Positions 28,490 to 38,400 of a stretch of DNA of 64,000 nt are shown here, piece after piece (within the stretch, counting starts at the first letter, position 1; each line of letters opens with the position of its first letter). The notes under the pieces were generated by a model, which was not told the origin of the DNA, did not search any database, and saw only the letters and a program-made list of their open reading frames with translations. The stretch covers positions 32,001 to 96,000 of IMG/VR virus record IMGVR_UViG_3300008117_000049; one strand, 5' to 3'. Origin of the DNA: a virus. A program made the translations under genes and the position numbers.

Positions 28490-31056
28490 TATTTTCTCCT
28501 ATAACTAGAACTTGAAGCCGCGGCTGTTGCCATAGCGGCTGTCTGGGCGATTTGTCCGACAACAAGTGTCGTTACAACTAATGTCTGAGCCTTTTCGCGA
28601 GCCTTTGGCGAGATGTCGGCTCCAACATTGCCAACAAGGTTGAATACAGCAACTACTGCCGCGGCTGCTTGTCCAACACCTGGGATATCGGCAATTGACT
28701 CGTCAAGAACAATGTCGTCTTGCTGGGCAGCAACTGCTAGGGCTTCTAGAGCCTGTTGATACTCTGGTGAGCCCTCAGTGGCTGTCTCAAAGGTTTCTAG
28801 GGCTGCCTCTACAAGTTGCTCTGCTTGTTCTGGGGTCAGGTCAGTTGGGACAACTTTGTCTAGTTCAACATCCATAAGGTCTTCAATAACTTCTGGAATA
28901 TTGGGGTCGCCCTCTGGCTCTGGTTCTGGCTCTGGTTCTGGAGTGTCTGCTATTACCTGCGCTTCTGACATAGCCTTGTTGAAATCATAAGAACTTGCTT
29001 CAACGGCTGATGCTTGAGAAACTTTTAGGTTTGTTTCTGCTGTCGTGGCCGAGGCTTCCATCTGTGACTTAGTGGCTAATGCTATAGATTCTTGGCCCTG
29101 GAAAGTTTGTAGATTTTGCTGTTCTGTGGCTAGTTCTGAGTTGGCTGTGTCCAATGCTGATTGAGCAGAGGTAAGGTCTGATTGCTTGTTATCTAGGGCT
29201 TCTTGTGCGTTATTGCGTAAAGTTATAGCATAAGACAACTCATCTTCAGCGTTATTCTTTAGTATAACTCGCCTTCCCTTCTCGTCAAGTTCTATCGCAT
29301 AAGCATCTGCTTTAATTTGCGCGAATGTCAGTGCTTCGTTGTAAGATAACTGCGCTTCTTGTAGTGGGGGAAGCAAAGCAGGGTCATTGATAAGTGGGGC
29401 TGTTGGTTGACCTAAGTAAGTAAGAGTTCCAACAATGTGCTTATACCAACCGCCACAAGGGTCGCCCCAAACGCCATTACTGGCAGAAATGGTTATTGAG
29501 TTGCCTTGTAGGTTTGGAACTATATTTATTCCGCACTCAGGGCGGTCTTTGGCTTCGTAGCGTAGAGAACTAGAAATAAATACTGCTCCGTCAGGGGCTG
29601 TGTAAGTTTTAGTCTGTCCCTCGTTGATAGCGACATCTAAGGTTCCCTCTACAAGAACTGGCTCTGTGGTGTAGTAGGTTTCATAGCGGTAGATTGTTTC
29701 TTCTCTGTAAGTAATTGTGGTGGTAGTGGTAGTGGCAGAAAGAGTTGGGTTCTTCATTTCTGGACCGTAGGTTCCATACCAATACCCGCCATCAAGTCCT
29801 GTAAGAATAACCTTGTAAGAATAGACAGTTGAATTTGGATTTACAGAAACGCTTCTGGTTGTCCAGTCGTGCCAGCCCTGTGGTGAGTTGTAAGACGCTC
29901 TACCGTTTTCTATTCCGTAAAGGTCATAAGTTATAACCTCTATCTTGTAGGTGTCCTGAATACCCCTGTTAGCATCTTGGTTCTTTACATCTACTGAAAG
30001 AGTAAGAGTGCCTGTAAGAGTTTCTTGCTTAGTGTAGGAAACGCTTTGGCTCATATACGAGAACTTGACAACGCCTTGGTTGATAGTTGGCTGTGAGCCT
30101 TGAGCACCTGTCCCAGCACCAGACCAAGTCGTGTGGTCTAGGGGTGGAAGAATGTTTTCGCTTTGTTGAGTGGTTGTAGTTACTTCTTCAACAATTATGG
30201 TTTCTGGAATTACTCGTATGTGTTCTTTTTGGTAAGTAGGTGCTGTCCAACTAGGGTCAGGAATAAGCAGAGTGTCATAGTTTTGCTGTGCTTCTAATAG
30301 TGCTTGTGCTTTATTGCTGGTGTTGATTTGGGCTGTGCTGAGTTCGCTGAAAGCATTGTTGGTGATGTTTATTTGATTAGTCAGTAAAGCGTCAGCAGAC
30401 GAGAGAGCCTGTTCTTTTGCTTGGACATCTGCCTTGACGACATTGAGATTAGTCAGTGAAGCGTCAGCAAGGGCTTTTGCTTGGTCTAAGTTGGTTTGTG
30501 CTGTGTCCCTTGTTGCTGTTTTATTATATACAGACTGCTGGGCTTCTTTGGCTAAAGACTGCTTGGCAAGATAGTCCTGAGTGGCTTTAGAAAGATTGAC
30601 TTGTGCTGTTTGATAGACGGCTAAGTCTGATTTGGCTTTGGCTATCTTGGCTTCTAGGTCTGCTATTTTGGCTTTGATATTGGCTAAGGCTGTGTCTAGG
30701 CTTGCTTGTAAGGCTGGGTCTGTGGCTTCGGTGGAGAGAGTTGCTAGTTTTGCCTTGTATTGTGATAGTGTGGTTTCAAGAGCAGAAATGTCTGACTCTG
30801 TAATGATTGGAGTTGCTAATGCAAATCGTGTTTGATTCTTTTGATTGGGGTAGTTATATAGTAGGTGTCCTGACACCTTTTGGTATTGCCCTTGTTGTGG
30901 CTGTAATTCAGACGCTATTCCAAAAGAAGAAGTAGCCGCCTGAGCCATACAAACTGGCGTAGAAAGAAATAGCACTGTCAGAGCAATCTGTGGTGCTTTT
31001 CTTTTTTTCTTGTTTTTTGAGTGCTCTCCCTCACCCCTGTTTTTCGGGGTAAGCAC
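28489..31056 (-). CDS. Exported coiled-coil stalk protein with two putative glycan-binding domains and C-terminal anchor
   Basis: Signal-like N-terminus, long heptad segments, GLDGGYWYGTYGP and GDPCGGWYK motifs, PE linker, hydrophobic C-terminus. Confidence 0.65.
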   Translation of the reverse strand: MLTPKNRGEGEHSKNKKKRKAPQIALTVLFLSTPVCMAQAATSSFGIASELQPQQGQYQKVSGHLLYNYPNQKNQTRFALATPIITESDISALETTLSQYKAKLATLSTEATDPALQASLDTALANIKAKIADLEAKIAKAKSDLAVYQTAQVNLSKATQDYLAKQSLAKEAQQSVYNKTATRDTAQTNLDQAKALADASLTNLNVVKADVQAKEQALSSADALLTNQINITNNAFSELSTAQINTSNKAQALLEAQQNYDTLLIPDPSWTAPTYQKEHIRVIPETIIVEEVTTTTQQSENILPPLDHTTWSGAGTGAQGSQPTINQGVVKFSYMSQSVSYTKQETLTGTLTLSVDVKNQDANRGIQDTYKIEVITYDLYGIENGRASYNSPQGWHDWTTRSVSVNPNSTVYSYKVILTGLDGGYWYGTYGPEMKNPTLSATTTTTTITYREETIYRYETYYTTEPVLVEGTLDVAINEGQTKTYTAPDGAVFISSSLRYEAKDRPECGINIVPNLQGNSITISASNGVWGDPCGGWYKHIVGTLTYLGQPTAPLINDPALLPPLQEAQLSYNEALTFAQIKADAYAIELDEKGRRVILKNNAEDELSYAITLRNNAQEALDNKQSDLTSAQSALDTANSELATEQQNLQTFQGQESIALATKSQMEASATTAETNLKVSQASAVEASSYDFNKAMSEAQVIADTPEPEPEPEPEGDPNIPEVIEDLMDVELDKVVPTDLTPEQAEQLVEAALETFETATEGSPEYQQALEALAVAAQQDDIVLDESIADIPGVGQAAAAVVAVFNLVGNVGADISPKAREKAQTLVVTTLVVGQIAQTAAMATAAASSSSYRRK

Positions 31057-31064
31057 AAAAATTC

Positions 31065-31301
31065 CTAACTACCGGGCGACGGCTGTCCGTGTTGATTAGA
31101 CCAAACAACTTCACGAACATCTTCCAAAAGATTGAAAGACGCTTCTACCAATGCTTCGGTTTGAAGTAGTAGGTCTGCTTTAGAGTGTGGATAAAGTGGG
31201 TCAAGAAGTTGGTTATGAACCTCATTTATGACAGAAGTGGCTAATCTTATGCGACGCAAATTTGCTTCTACAAGAAGTTGATATTCGTCTAAGCCAGCCA
31301 T
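31065..31301 (-). CDS. Hypothetical helical protein
   Basis: ORF track; leaderless start below TAAAAT. Confidence 0.55.
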   Translation of the reverse strand: MAGLDEYQLLVEANLRRIRLATSVINEVHNQLLDPLYPHSKADLLLQTEALVEASFNLLEDVREVVWSNQHGQPSPGS

Positions 31302-31446
31302 AAATCAATTTTACCTTAGATTTTGTAAGCGATTTTTACTATACACATTTGGCTGACTTGTATAGTTTTTTGAGAAAACTATACAGGTTTTGTGGTCTTA
31401 TATTATAGAAAAAATGGTGAGATACTGTGAGAAAAAATAGAAAAAT

Positions 31447-31752
31447 AAAAAAGATTTGGGATAGTATCTAATGTATCTTTATTTTGGCCTATGTCCTAAT
31501 ACTATCGGGATATTTATATTTCTAAAAAAGATTTGCGATAGTATCCGAAAAGTGCTTTTTTCGGGATACTATTGGGTTTCACTAATTTATAAAAATGTTT
31601 TGCGATAGTATGTGCGACCTATCTATACCTAAAAACCTAACTGATTGTTAATCCTATACGCGCATGCATGTGTGCATGGGGGTGGCGGGAAACACAGTCA
31701 GATAGATAATTAGATAGGATAGGTTTTTTAGGTGTGTTTAGGTAAGATAGGT
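31447..31752. repeat. Iteron-like ~22-bp repeats and long inverted repeat (candidate origin)
   Basis: AAAAA(A/T)G(A/T)TTTG(G/C)GATAGTAT three times, ATACTAT twice in reverse orientation, IR 31617-31640/31728-31752; AT-rich divergent gap. Confidence 0.6.
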
Positions 31753-31805
31753 TTTGTTTTTGTGATAGCATTTTTTCAAAGCCGATTAGATAGAAAAGAG
31801 TTCAA

Positions 31806-32252
31806 ATGAGTTTTCAAGGTTTAGACATTTCAGAAGAGCAAGCGTTCAAAGATTATATAAACATCAAGCGAGCAAATAACCGTGATGGCAGGATTTGTAT
31901 TTGTGGTCATGGTATGGGATTTCACACTTTCATAGATGCTCGTGGAATTCATAAGTGTAATGCTCAAAAACAGAGTTGCCCTTGTAAGTCTCCAAGACCA
32001 GTTTTGCTGACCAACAATGTGAAGTCGTTTTTACATAAGACGATTGGTAGTGGTGGATTACACGCACTGACGCAAGGAATTGCTTCTGCTGTAAAGGGTA
32101 AGTATTTGGTTGAGTGGACTGTTGAACTGAAGTGCGACAGATGTGGCAATGAAAATGTTGTACCTTGTCCAGTAAGTCAGAACGGCAGAATTGTAAATGA
32201 AGCCACAGGATTTGATGTCCTGCTTTGTAGAGATTGTAGGGTTTCGCCATAG
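31806..32252 (+). CDS. Cys-rich zinc-binding protein
   Basis: CICGH..H, CPC, CDRC, CRDC. Confidence 0.6.
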   Translation: MSFQGLDISEEQAFKDYINIKRANNRDGRICICGHGMGFHTFIDARGIHKCNAQKQSCPCKSPRPVLLTNNVKSFLHKTIGSGGLHALTQGIASAVKGKYLVEWTVELKCDRCGNENVVPCPVSQNGRIVNEATGFDVLLCRDCRVSP

Positions 32253-32295
32253 GCGAACAAAATAGTTGCCAAAAATAGCAAGCCGTAGATATAAT
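32242..32295 (+). promoter_or_regulatory. ClgR-type operator plus sigmaA promoter
   Basis: TTTCGC-CATAG-GCGAAC then TTGCCA-N18-TATAAT. Confidence 0.6.
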
Positions 32296-32300
32296 TAGGT

Positions 32301-32861
32301 ATGAACACCGAACATAAAGGAGTAGGTAGTACTATGACTAATTACCACACTAGAGAAGAACTCATAGAAGAGTTCAGAGAAGCACTGGCACACGAGTTTG
32401 AAAGTTATGACCCAGAATACGAGTGGAAACACGGTTTTACAATGTTTCCTAACCAAATTGGTAATTTCAGATTGGTGGTTGGCTTTGATGAAAATTACAT
32501 TCCAAGAAGCGACCAAGAAAGAGAAATTGACCCCAGACCAAGACCTTGGATTGTTGGCTACAAAGACAGCATTGATGGGCGCATATCAACTATTGGTGCT
32601 TATGGAAAAGACAACTGGTTTGAAACTAAGAGAGAAGCCTACACTCAGTTTGCCAAATTGCTACTTGAAATTTCAGACAAGATTGTAGAACTTGAAATTA
32701 CAGAAGAAACTCCACGCCAAGCCAAATGTATGAGTTGTAATAAATTACACGACTATCAGCCAGAGAAATACAAAAAGACTAATGGCTATCCTGGCATGGT
32801 TACGCTTACTCCACACCTAGAAACAGATGTGGTCTATGACGGTTGTAGAGGCTGGGACTAA
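32301..32861 (+). CDS. Hypothetical protein (start may be 32334)
   Basis: ORF track; AAAGGAG RBS. Confidence 0.6.
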   Translation: MNTEHKGVGSTMTNYHTREELIEEFREALAHEFESYDPEYEWKHGFTMFPNQIGNFRLVVGFDENYIPRSDQEREIDPRPRPWIVGYKDSIDGRISTIGAYGKDNWFETKREAYTQFAKLLLEISDKIVELEITEETPRQAKCMSCNKLHDYQPEKYKKTNGYPGMVTLTPHLETDVVYDGCRGWD

Positions 32862-33187
32862 TGAGCGACGAAGAACTGTTTAGACAGATTGATGATGCTT
32901 TCAATAACACTCCTGTTTTTGAGATAACTGTCAAGGGCGTTGACCACACTTTTAGGATTACATCTATGGGTGAATTATCAACAGAGAAACTTTTGGATTT
33001 TTTACTCCAAGAGGGTGAAGATAAATTTACTAAGATGTTGGATTTTATCGCTATGTCTTTGATAGAGCCAAAAGATATAGAACTGCTAAAGCAAATGAAA
33101 ATGAAGCAAGCGTTAAAGTTCATAGAGCAGTGGGTAGAACTCAGCAGTGAAGAAACTTGGAAAAGCCTAGGTAGAGACGATGCCTAA
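32861..33187 (+). CDS. Hypothetical protein
   Basis: Coupled ORF. Confidence 0.55.
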   Translation: MSDEELFRQIDDAFNNTPVFEITVKGVDHTFRITSMGELSTEKLLDFLLQEGEDKFTKMLDFIAMSLIEPKDIELLKQMKMKQALKFIEQWVELSSEETWKSLGRDDA

Positions 33188-33608
33188 GAAAATAACACTA
33201 CAAACAATAAAGTTAGATAGCGAAATGGCTACCATTTGCGATTTGACTAAGTTATTCAGCAAAACTCAAATGTCCATAGATATGAAAAAAGTTTCTGCGA
33301 TAACAAAAAACTTTCCAGATATCTATGCGTCAGTACTAAAAGATTTGCCAGACAAGTATCTCTCTCCTTTGATATTAGGAAGACTGAGTGCCAATGTTCA
33401 TTGGATAAGTAACATGGGCTGGCATTGGACTTTTGAAACTATTTATGAAGACTACACTTTGAACGACGATATTGATATGACAGCAAAAGTAAGATTGGCT
33501 TTAGCAAGCAGATTAGATGCAGTTATGAAAAGGGCGATTGCTCTTTGCGAGATAGAGTATGACGCAGAATTCTACGACCCAGAGGATGTTTCAGTTGGAA
33601 CACTATAA
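33180..33608 (+). CDS. Hypothetical protein
   Basis: Coupled ORF. Confidence 0.55.
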   Translation: MPKKITLQTIKLDSEMATICDLTKLFSKTQMSIDMKKVSAITKNFPDIYASVLKDLPDKYLSPLILGRLSANVHWISNMGWHWTFETIYEDYTLNDDIDMTAKVRLALASRLDAVMKRAIALCEIEYDAEFYDPEDVSVGTL

Positions 33609-34257
33609 TATTTTGATTGCCACTCCAGGAAAACTTATTCACGGTGAGTATGTAAAGTCATTGGTAGAAACTACTAAGTGGCTCAATCAGCGTGGGCTGA
33701 CTTATAAATTTCTAAATGCTGGTTCATCTCTCGTTGCTCACGCTAGGGAAATGACTGCGATAGATAAGAAAGAATCAAACTGGGACACCAATGAAATTGG
33801 TTCTGGTGAATATACCTACGACAGAATTGTTTGGATTGATTCAGATATCATCTGGGGTCAAGATGCCTTTGAAAAACTAATTACTAGCGAACACGAAATC
33901 ATCAGTGGTATGTACTACACGCAGATTGGTGATATGTCAGTTTCAGTTTCTAAATTCGCACCCGACGGTAAGAGCCCAATCAACTGTAAAGAATTAGATT
34001 TCTTTTTTGAAGACGAGCCACTAGAAGTGTTTGGAGTTGGCTTTGGGTTTATCTCTATGAAGTCAGGTGTCTTTGAGCGTATGCAACGACCTTGGTTCCG
34101 AATTGAAAGAATTGACCACCCTGCCAAAAATATAGTCCTAGATATTGGCGAAGATTACTCTTGGTGTATGAACGCAAGACGAGCAGGTTTCAAAGTTATG
34201 CTTGACCCAAGTATCAAGGTGGACCACATCAAAGAGGGCGTATGGCACCTGAAGTAA
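33586..34257 (+). CDS. GT-A-like glycosyltransferase
   Basis: IATPG, WIDSDI, GFGF, GEDYSWC, VDH. Confidence 0.75.
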   Translation: MFQLEHYNILIATPGKLIHGEYVKSLVETTKWLNQRGLTYKFLNAGSSLVAHAREMTAIDKKESNWDTNEIGSGEYTYDRIVWIDSDIIWGQDAFEKLITSEHEIISGMYYTQIGDMSVSVSKFAPDGKSPINCKELDFFFEDEPLEVFGVGFGFISMKSGVFERMQRPWFRIERIDHPAKNIVLDIGEDYSWCMNARRAGFKVMLDPSIKVDHIKEGVWHLK

Positions 34258-34395
34258 TTGGAAGACCTAAGTGTGGTTTTTGTATGACAGGTAATCACGA
34301 GAACTGTAAAAAAGAGATAACCTACTACGAAAAAACTTGGGTGTGTGAGTGTCCTCATAATCAGGAAAAGAAAGAACAAGATATAAACTTGTCTG

Positions 34396-35028
34396 GTGAT
34401 TAGTTATTCCATAAGACCTGTTGCGTCAAAAGACGCTAACCAGATGGTTATAGAAAATCACTACCTACATCGCCGAGCCAGCACTATGTATGCCTTTGGT
34501 CTTTTTGATGGCGATGAAATGCTCGGCTGTGTAATCTATGGAAAGCCAGCATCTCCCTCAGTTTGTGTTGGAGTTTGTGGCAAAGATGAATCGGCTAATG
34601 TTTTAGAACTCACTAGGTTGTGGATAAAAGATGGCACTCCTAAAAACACAGAGTCTTATCTCATTGGTCGTAGCCTAAAACTCCTGCCTAAGAACAAAGA
34701 TATAATAATCTCTTACGCAGAGATTGGTGCTGGTCATATCGGAATTGTGTATCAAGCAACCAACTGGATTTACACAGGTATGTCTGACCGCCATGTTGAG
34801 TGGCGACTTGATGGAAAAACTGGTTCGCACTCTCGCCACATTTTTGACCAGCACGGTGGAGTAAATGGCGCAAAAGAATTTTATGGTGATAGACTTGAAA
34901 GACACGAGCGGCCGAGAAAGCACCGCTATGTATATTTCAATACAACTTCCAAAAGAAGAAAAAAAGAACTGCTGGATAAATTGAAATATAAAGTCCAGCC
35001 ATATCCAAAGAAAGATACACAAAGATGA
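34396..35028 (+). CDS. Mom-like adenine-modification GNAT enzyme
   Basis: HYLH, LELTRLW, KNTESYLI, ISYAE...GHIGIVYQATNWIYTG, KHRY. Confidence 0.8.
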   Translation: MISYSIRPVASKDANQMVIENHYLHRRASTMYAFGLFDGDEMLGCVIYGKPASPSVCVGVCGKDESANVLELTRLWIKDGTPKNTESYLIGRSLKLLPKNKDIIISYAEIGAGHIGIVYQATNWIYTGMSDRHVEWRLDGKTGSHSRHIFDQHGGVNGAKEFYGDRLERHERPRKHRYVYFNTTSKRRKKELLDKLKYKVQPYPKKDTQR

Positions 35029-35336
35029 GTTGGTTCAAAAACCTATTCGGTAAAAAGAAAAAGAAAAAGCCAGCGGCTTCTTCAATCGCAAGAGATGAAA
35101 AAGGTCGTTGGATTTACGAAGTCCCATCAGCAACTAAGCATGTGGCAGACCTACAACCAAGAGTTGTCTCTGAAAAAGTTTCTACAAAGTCAAAATCTTG
35201 TGGCTGTAAAAGCGGTAGCGTATGTCCTTGCGAAAAGAAAAAGGAAACACCAAAGGCTCAAATCAAGCCAGTTGCTAAAAAGCCAGTGGCAAAGAAGCCA
35301 GTTGCGAAAAAGACTCCAACACCAAAAAAGAAGTAA
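35025..35336 (+). CDS. Lys-rich protein with histone-like KKPVA repeats
   Basis: KPVAKKPVAKKPVAKK C-terminus. Confidence 0.6.
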   Translation: MSWFKNLFGKKKKKKPAASSIARDEKGRWIYEVPSATKHVADLQPRVVSEKVSTKSKSCGCKSGSVCPCEKKKETPKAQIKPVAKKPVAKKPVAKKTPTPKKK

Positions 35337-35359
35337 TTTCCAAATCACTTTCTAGAATT

Positions 35360-35400
35360 AACCCCGAAAAAATCTCACCCTTGATTTTTCGGGGTTTTTT
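35360..35400 (+). terminator. Intrinsic terminator
   Basis: AACCCCGAAAAAATC/GATTTTTCGGGGTT plus T-tract. Confidence 0.75.
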
Positions 35401-35617
35401 CTATGTTTGTAAATGAAAAACCCACCCCGGTCCCTCACCAGGCCCAAAATTTCGCCGAAAGCAGATTTCGCTAATAGCGTATAGTGAGAACTGTCGGAGC
35501 ATGGCTTCGGCGGGTAGAGACAACCTTAATTTGCGAGCAACGCAAAAAGAATGGGTCAGGCGGGAAGCAGTCTCTCCCCAGTCTTCCCGTCTGGCTCCAA
35601 AACGAAGGACATCAGTT

Positions 35618-36517
35618 ATGTCAGACGCTCTTGATAAAGACCCGTTTGCTAAACCCGAACTCGAAGCCCCCGACATCCAGATTGATACCCCCGTCAATCT
35701 CCGCCCAGATTTATCTCTCCACGGAATTGAAGAAACCGATAGGGGAATTTGTTTAGACACCTTTGAAAATAGACAGGCGTTGCGTCGAGCAAGATTCAAT
35801 TGGCTTCCTGTCTATGCTGTAAACGGCGTTCCAACAGGATTGATTCAGGCACTCTCGCCTGAGATGCAAACTCAGCAACGGCTAATGTCGCTGGATGAAA
35901 AAGTTGCAATTCTTTCGGACCCTAATGATAAAAACTCTGATTATATAAACGGCTATGACTTGCTAGCCGAGTCAGCAGCAGACTACATCGCCCCGCCTTG
36001 GGTACTAGGAGCAACACGCGCTTGGGCAAAACAACAAACGCAGGGTCTGCATGGAAAAAAGGAACTCCCTCTTCCCCGTCGTTGTAAGGCAATCAAGGAT
36101 GACGGTATCCGTTGCCAACTCTGGTCTGGAGGGCGTGGAGCAGATGACGGCCTATGTCGTGTCCATCTTGGTTCCTTACGCAATAAACCAACCGACTCAG
36201 TGGAGCGTGCCCGCTCTCGTCTAACTCAGGCTGCCCCAACCGCCGTCGACACTCTTGAGGAACTTATGAACTCGGCAGAGTCCGAACCCGTCAAACTCAA
36301 GGCGGCCTCTGAAATTCTTGACCGTGCTGGTATTCGTGCTGGTATTGACATCAATACCGATGTCACTCTTGATGTCCGCCCCGCCGCTTCAATCATTGCT
36401 GAGCGTTTGGAACGCATTGCTCAAAACGCTATTGAAGCCCAACGGCGTTTAGAACCAGAGACCGTTATAGTAGAAGAAACAGAAGAAGCAGAGGTTGTCG
36501 AAGATGACGCTAAATGA
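35618..36517 (+). CDS. Terminase small subunit-like protein
   Basis: RC...RC...CRVHLGS finger then AVDTLEELM..ESEPVKLKAASEILDRAG; GAAGGA RBS before 35618. Confidence 0.6.
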   Translation: MSDALDKDPFAKPELEAPDIQIDTPVNLRPDLSLHGIEETDRGICLDTFENRQALRRARFNWLPVYAVNGVPTGLIQALSPEMQTQQRLMSLDEKVAILSDPNDKNSDYINGYDLLAESAADYIAPPWVLGATRAWAKQQTQGLHGKKELPLPRRCKAIKDDGIRCQLWSGGRGADDGLCRVHLGSLRNKPTDSVERARSRLTQAAPTAVDTLEELMNSAESEPVKLKAASEILDRAGIRAGIDINTDVTLDVRPAASIIAERLERIAQNAIEAQRRLEPETVIVEETEEAEVVEDDAK

Positions 36518-36698
36518 AATCATTGAAGAGTTAGTGGCGTTGACGGACAATCTTCACTCCGATGTCAAACTTGCTTCCACTCGTTTAGAACACATTAGAT
36601 TGACGGCCAGAGCAAACGAAGCCACGAACTTATTACATAACCTTATGAATTTCCAGGATACAGATGACACCGAAACCAAAACCACCAACGGCGAGTAG
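36504..36698 (+). CDS. Small coiled-coil protein
   Basis: ORF track; overlaps neighbours. Confidence 0.5.
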   Translation: MTLNEIIEELVALTDNLHSDVKLASTRLEHIRLTARANEATNLLHNLMNFQDTDDTETKTTNGE

Positions 36699-37440
36699 TC
36701 TTCGGGAACGCTTCATAAATAAAGCATTAGAGCACACGGGCTACTATACAAATAACGGCATGGAAAATGTCTTTGCCCAGGGGCTGAACATCAACGGCAA
36801 GCCATGGAACGGATTGTTTATTGATGTCGTTGCCAGTGAAGCGGGTGTCCGCTTACCCGTAGCCCACACAGTCTCAACGGTTGCCCTCGCCTATTACCTG
36901 GGTCACGGTTTTTTCCATGTAAGACCACGGCGAGGAGATATCGTCTTTCTCCAAACATCAACGGCAAGCGAATTCGGCTCGCCACATATCGGTATTGTTC
37001 TGGACACTAAACGGCACGCCATAGACGGGACTATACAAACGGTGGAAGGTATGACCTCTAGCGGACTACCTAAACAACCACAGACACCTAACGGTGTCTA
37101 TGTACGCACCCGTCATCAAACGGAAGTCATTGGATACGCAAGACCAAAATACAAGACGGCTAGCCCTTTGTCCCCAAACGAGAACGCACCAGTAATTACT
37201 CCTGCTCAGGTCCGCGCTGGAATAAAACATAAGAGCGTCGTTTTGGTTCAGTTAGCCCTCTCAAAAGTCACAGGCATCAAAGGCTTGCCAAGAGGACACT
37301 TTGATACAAAGACCAAACTTGCTTACGCCAAGTTCCAAAGAGACATTGGTTATGTTGGCATCTCAGCATCTGGCGATGCAGACTACAACTCGTTGAAACT
37401 GTTGGGCGAACTGACTGGTTTCTTCAACGCAAAGCCATAG
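36664..37440 (+). CDS. CHAP-like domain plus peptidoglycan-binding-like domain
   Basis: PWNGLF (for PWCxxF), GDIVF, HIGIV, TVEGMT; C-terminal VQLAL..GHFD..T..AYAKFQ..G. Confidence 0.65.
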   Translation: MTPKPKPPTASSLRERFINKALEHTGYYTNNGMENVFAQGLNINGKPWNGLFIDVVASEAGVRLPVAHTVSTVALAYYLGHGFFHVRPRRGDIVFLQTSTASEFGSPHIGIVLDTKRHAIDGTIQTVEGMTSSGLPKQPQTPNGVYVRTRHQTEVIGYARPKYKTASPLSPNENAPVITPAQVRAGIKHKSVVLVQLALSKVTGIKGLPRGHFDTKTKLAYAKFQRDIGYVGISASGDADYNSLKLLGELTGFFNAKP

Positions 37441-37569
37441 CAGCAGCCACTGACATTCAAGATTTCTTAAAAAAAACTTAAATTTTATGCAATATCTATT
37501 GACAAATCCCAAAAATCGCTTTAGGATATGTCCCATATCCTAAAGTGCAAAACGATACAATTCCCCCGG

Positions 37570-37600
37570 AACCCCTGTAAAAACGGGGGTTTATTTTTTT
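37570..37600 (+). terminator. Intrinsic terminator
   Basis: AACCCCTGT/ACGGGGGTT plus T-tract. Confidence 0.7.
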
Positions 37601-37681
37601 GAACAAATTCCTTAAGTTATTTCATAAGACGGGATGCACGCGGCGGGCCCGCCGCATGGAAAAAACGATAACCCAGGGATA

Positions 37682-37880
37682 ACGGCAAGTCTCCATCGGG
37701 GGTTATTACATAAGAACGGCAAGCACGCATCGCGGGAGGAGATGACGGCGAGCCTTCCATCGGGGTTTATAGCATAAGGACACGGTAAGAAGCAATGGAG
37801 CGAGAAGCAACGGCAAGCGAAAGGGGGTATAAGATAAAAAACATAACGGCAAGCCTTAGACGCAAAAAACGGCGAGCCAT
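37682..37880 (+). repeat. Oriented ACGGC(A/G)AG array
   Basis: About six to seven same-strand copies in non-coding DNA. Confidence 0.7.
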
Positions 37881-37901
37881 GAGCAGAAGAAAGAATAACG
37901 G

Positions 37902-38147
37902 ATGACATTTGACGAGTGGTTGAGCATAGGATTCGCTAACGGGTGGGTTGGTGCACCTATATGCGAAACGCATGACGGGTTGCCTACATCAGAGGCAGAA
38001 GATAAAGAGTTTGAAGAGGGAGACCCTTGTATCCACATTTTGCGTCTCTACGACACACTGGAACACAAGATAGAGGTTGAAGAGAACCACGCTCCAAGCA
38101 TCTGGCGTGCAACAAACATTGGATTAGGGATTTCTTCCACAGAATAA
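37902..38147 (+). CDS. Hypothetical protein
   Basis: GWVGAPICETHDGLP...DPCIHILR. Confidence 0.6.
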   Translation: MTFDEWLSIGFANGWVGAPICETHDGLPTSEAEDKEFEEGDPCIHILRLYDTLEHKIEVEENHAPSIWRATNIGLGISSTE

Positions 38148-38172
38148 AAAATCACATAGTTTCTAATGTTTT

Positions 38173-38400
38173 ATGATAAAAGTCATGAGACACATAGAAA
38201 TCCATTTGATTGAAGAATCCAAAGATGTCATTACAGCCAATCAAGTTGGCCTGGAATGCGAGGCATCTGAAACTTGCGAAGAATGCTTTAAACAAGTAGG
38301 CGAAACCCCTGTAAGTAAGAAGTTTGTGCCATTCTGTTTCATACTTGATGATGAGGCTGAGTGGGTAGTTTGTAAAGACTGCGCCACCCCTGTTTTGTAG
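38173..38400 (+). CDS. Small CxxC protein
   Basis: CEEC...CKDC. Confidence 0.5.
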   Translation: MIKVMRHIEIHLIEESKDVITANQVGLECEASETCEECFKQVGETPVSKKFVPFCFILDDEAEWVVCKDCATPVL

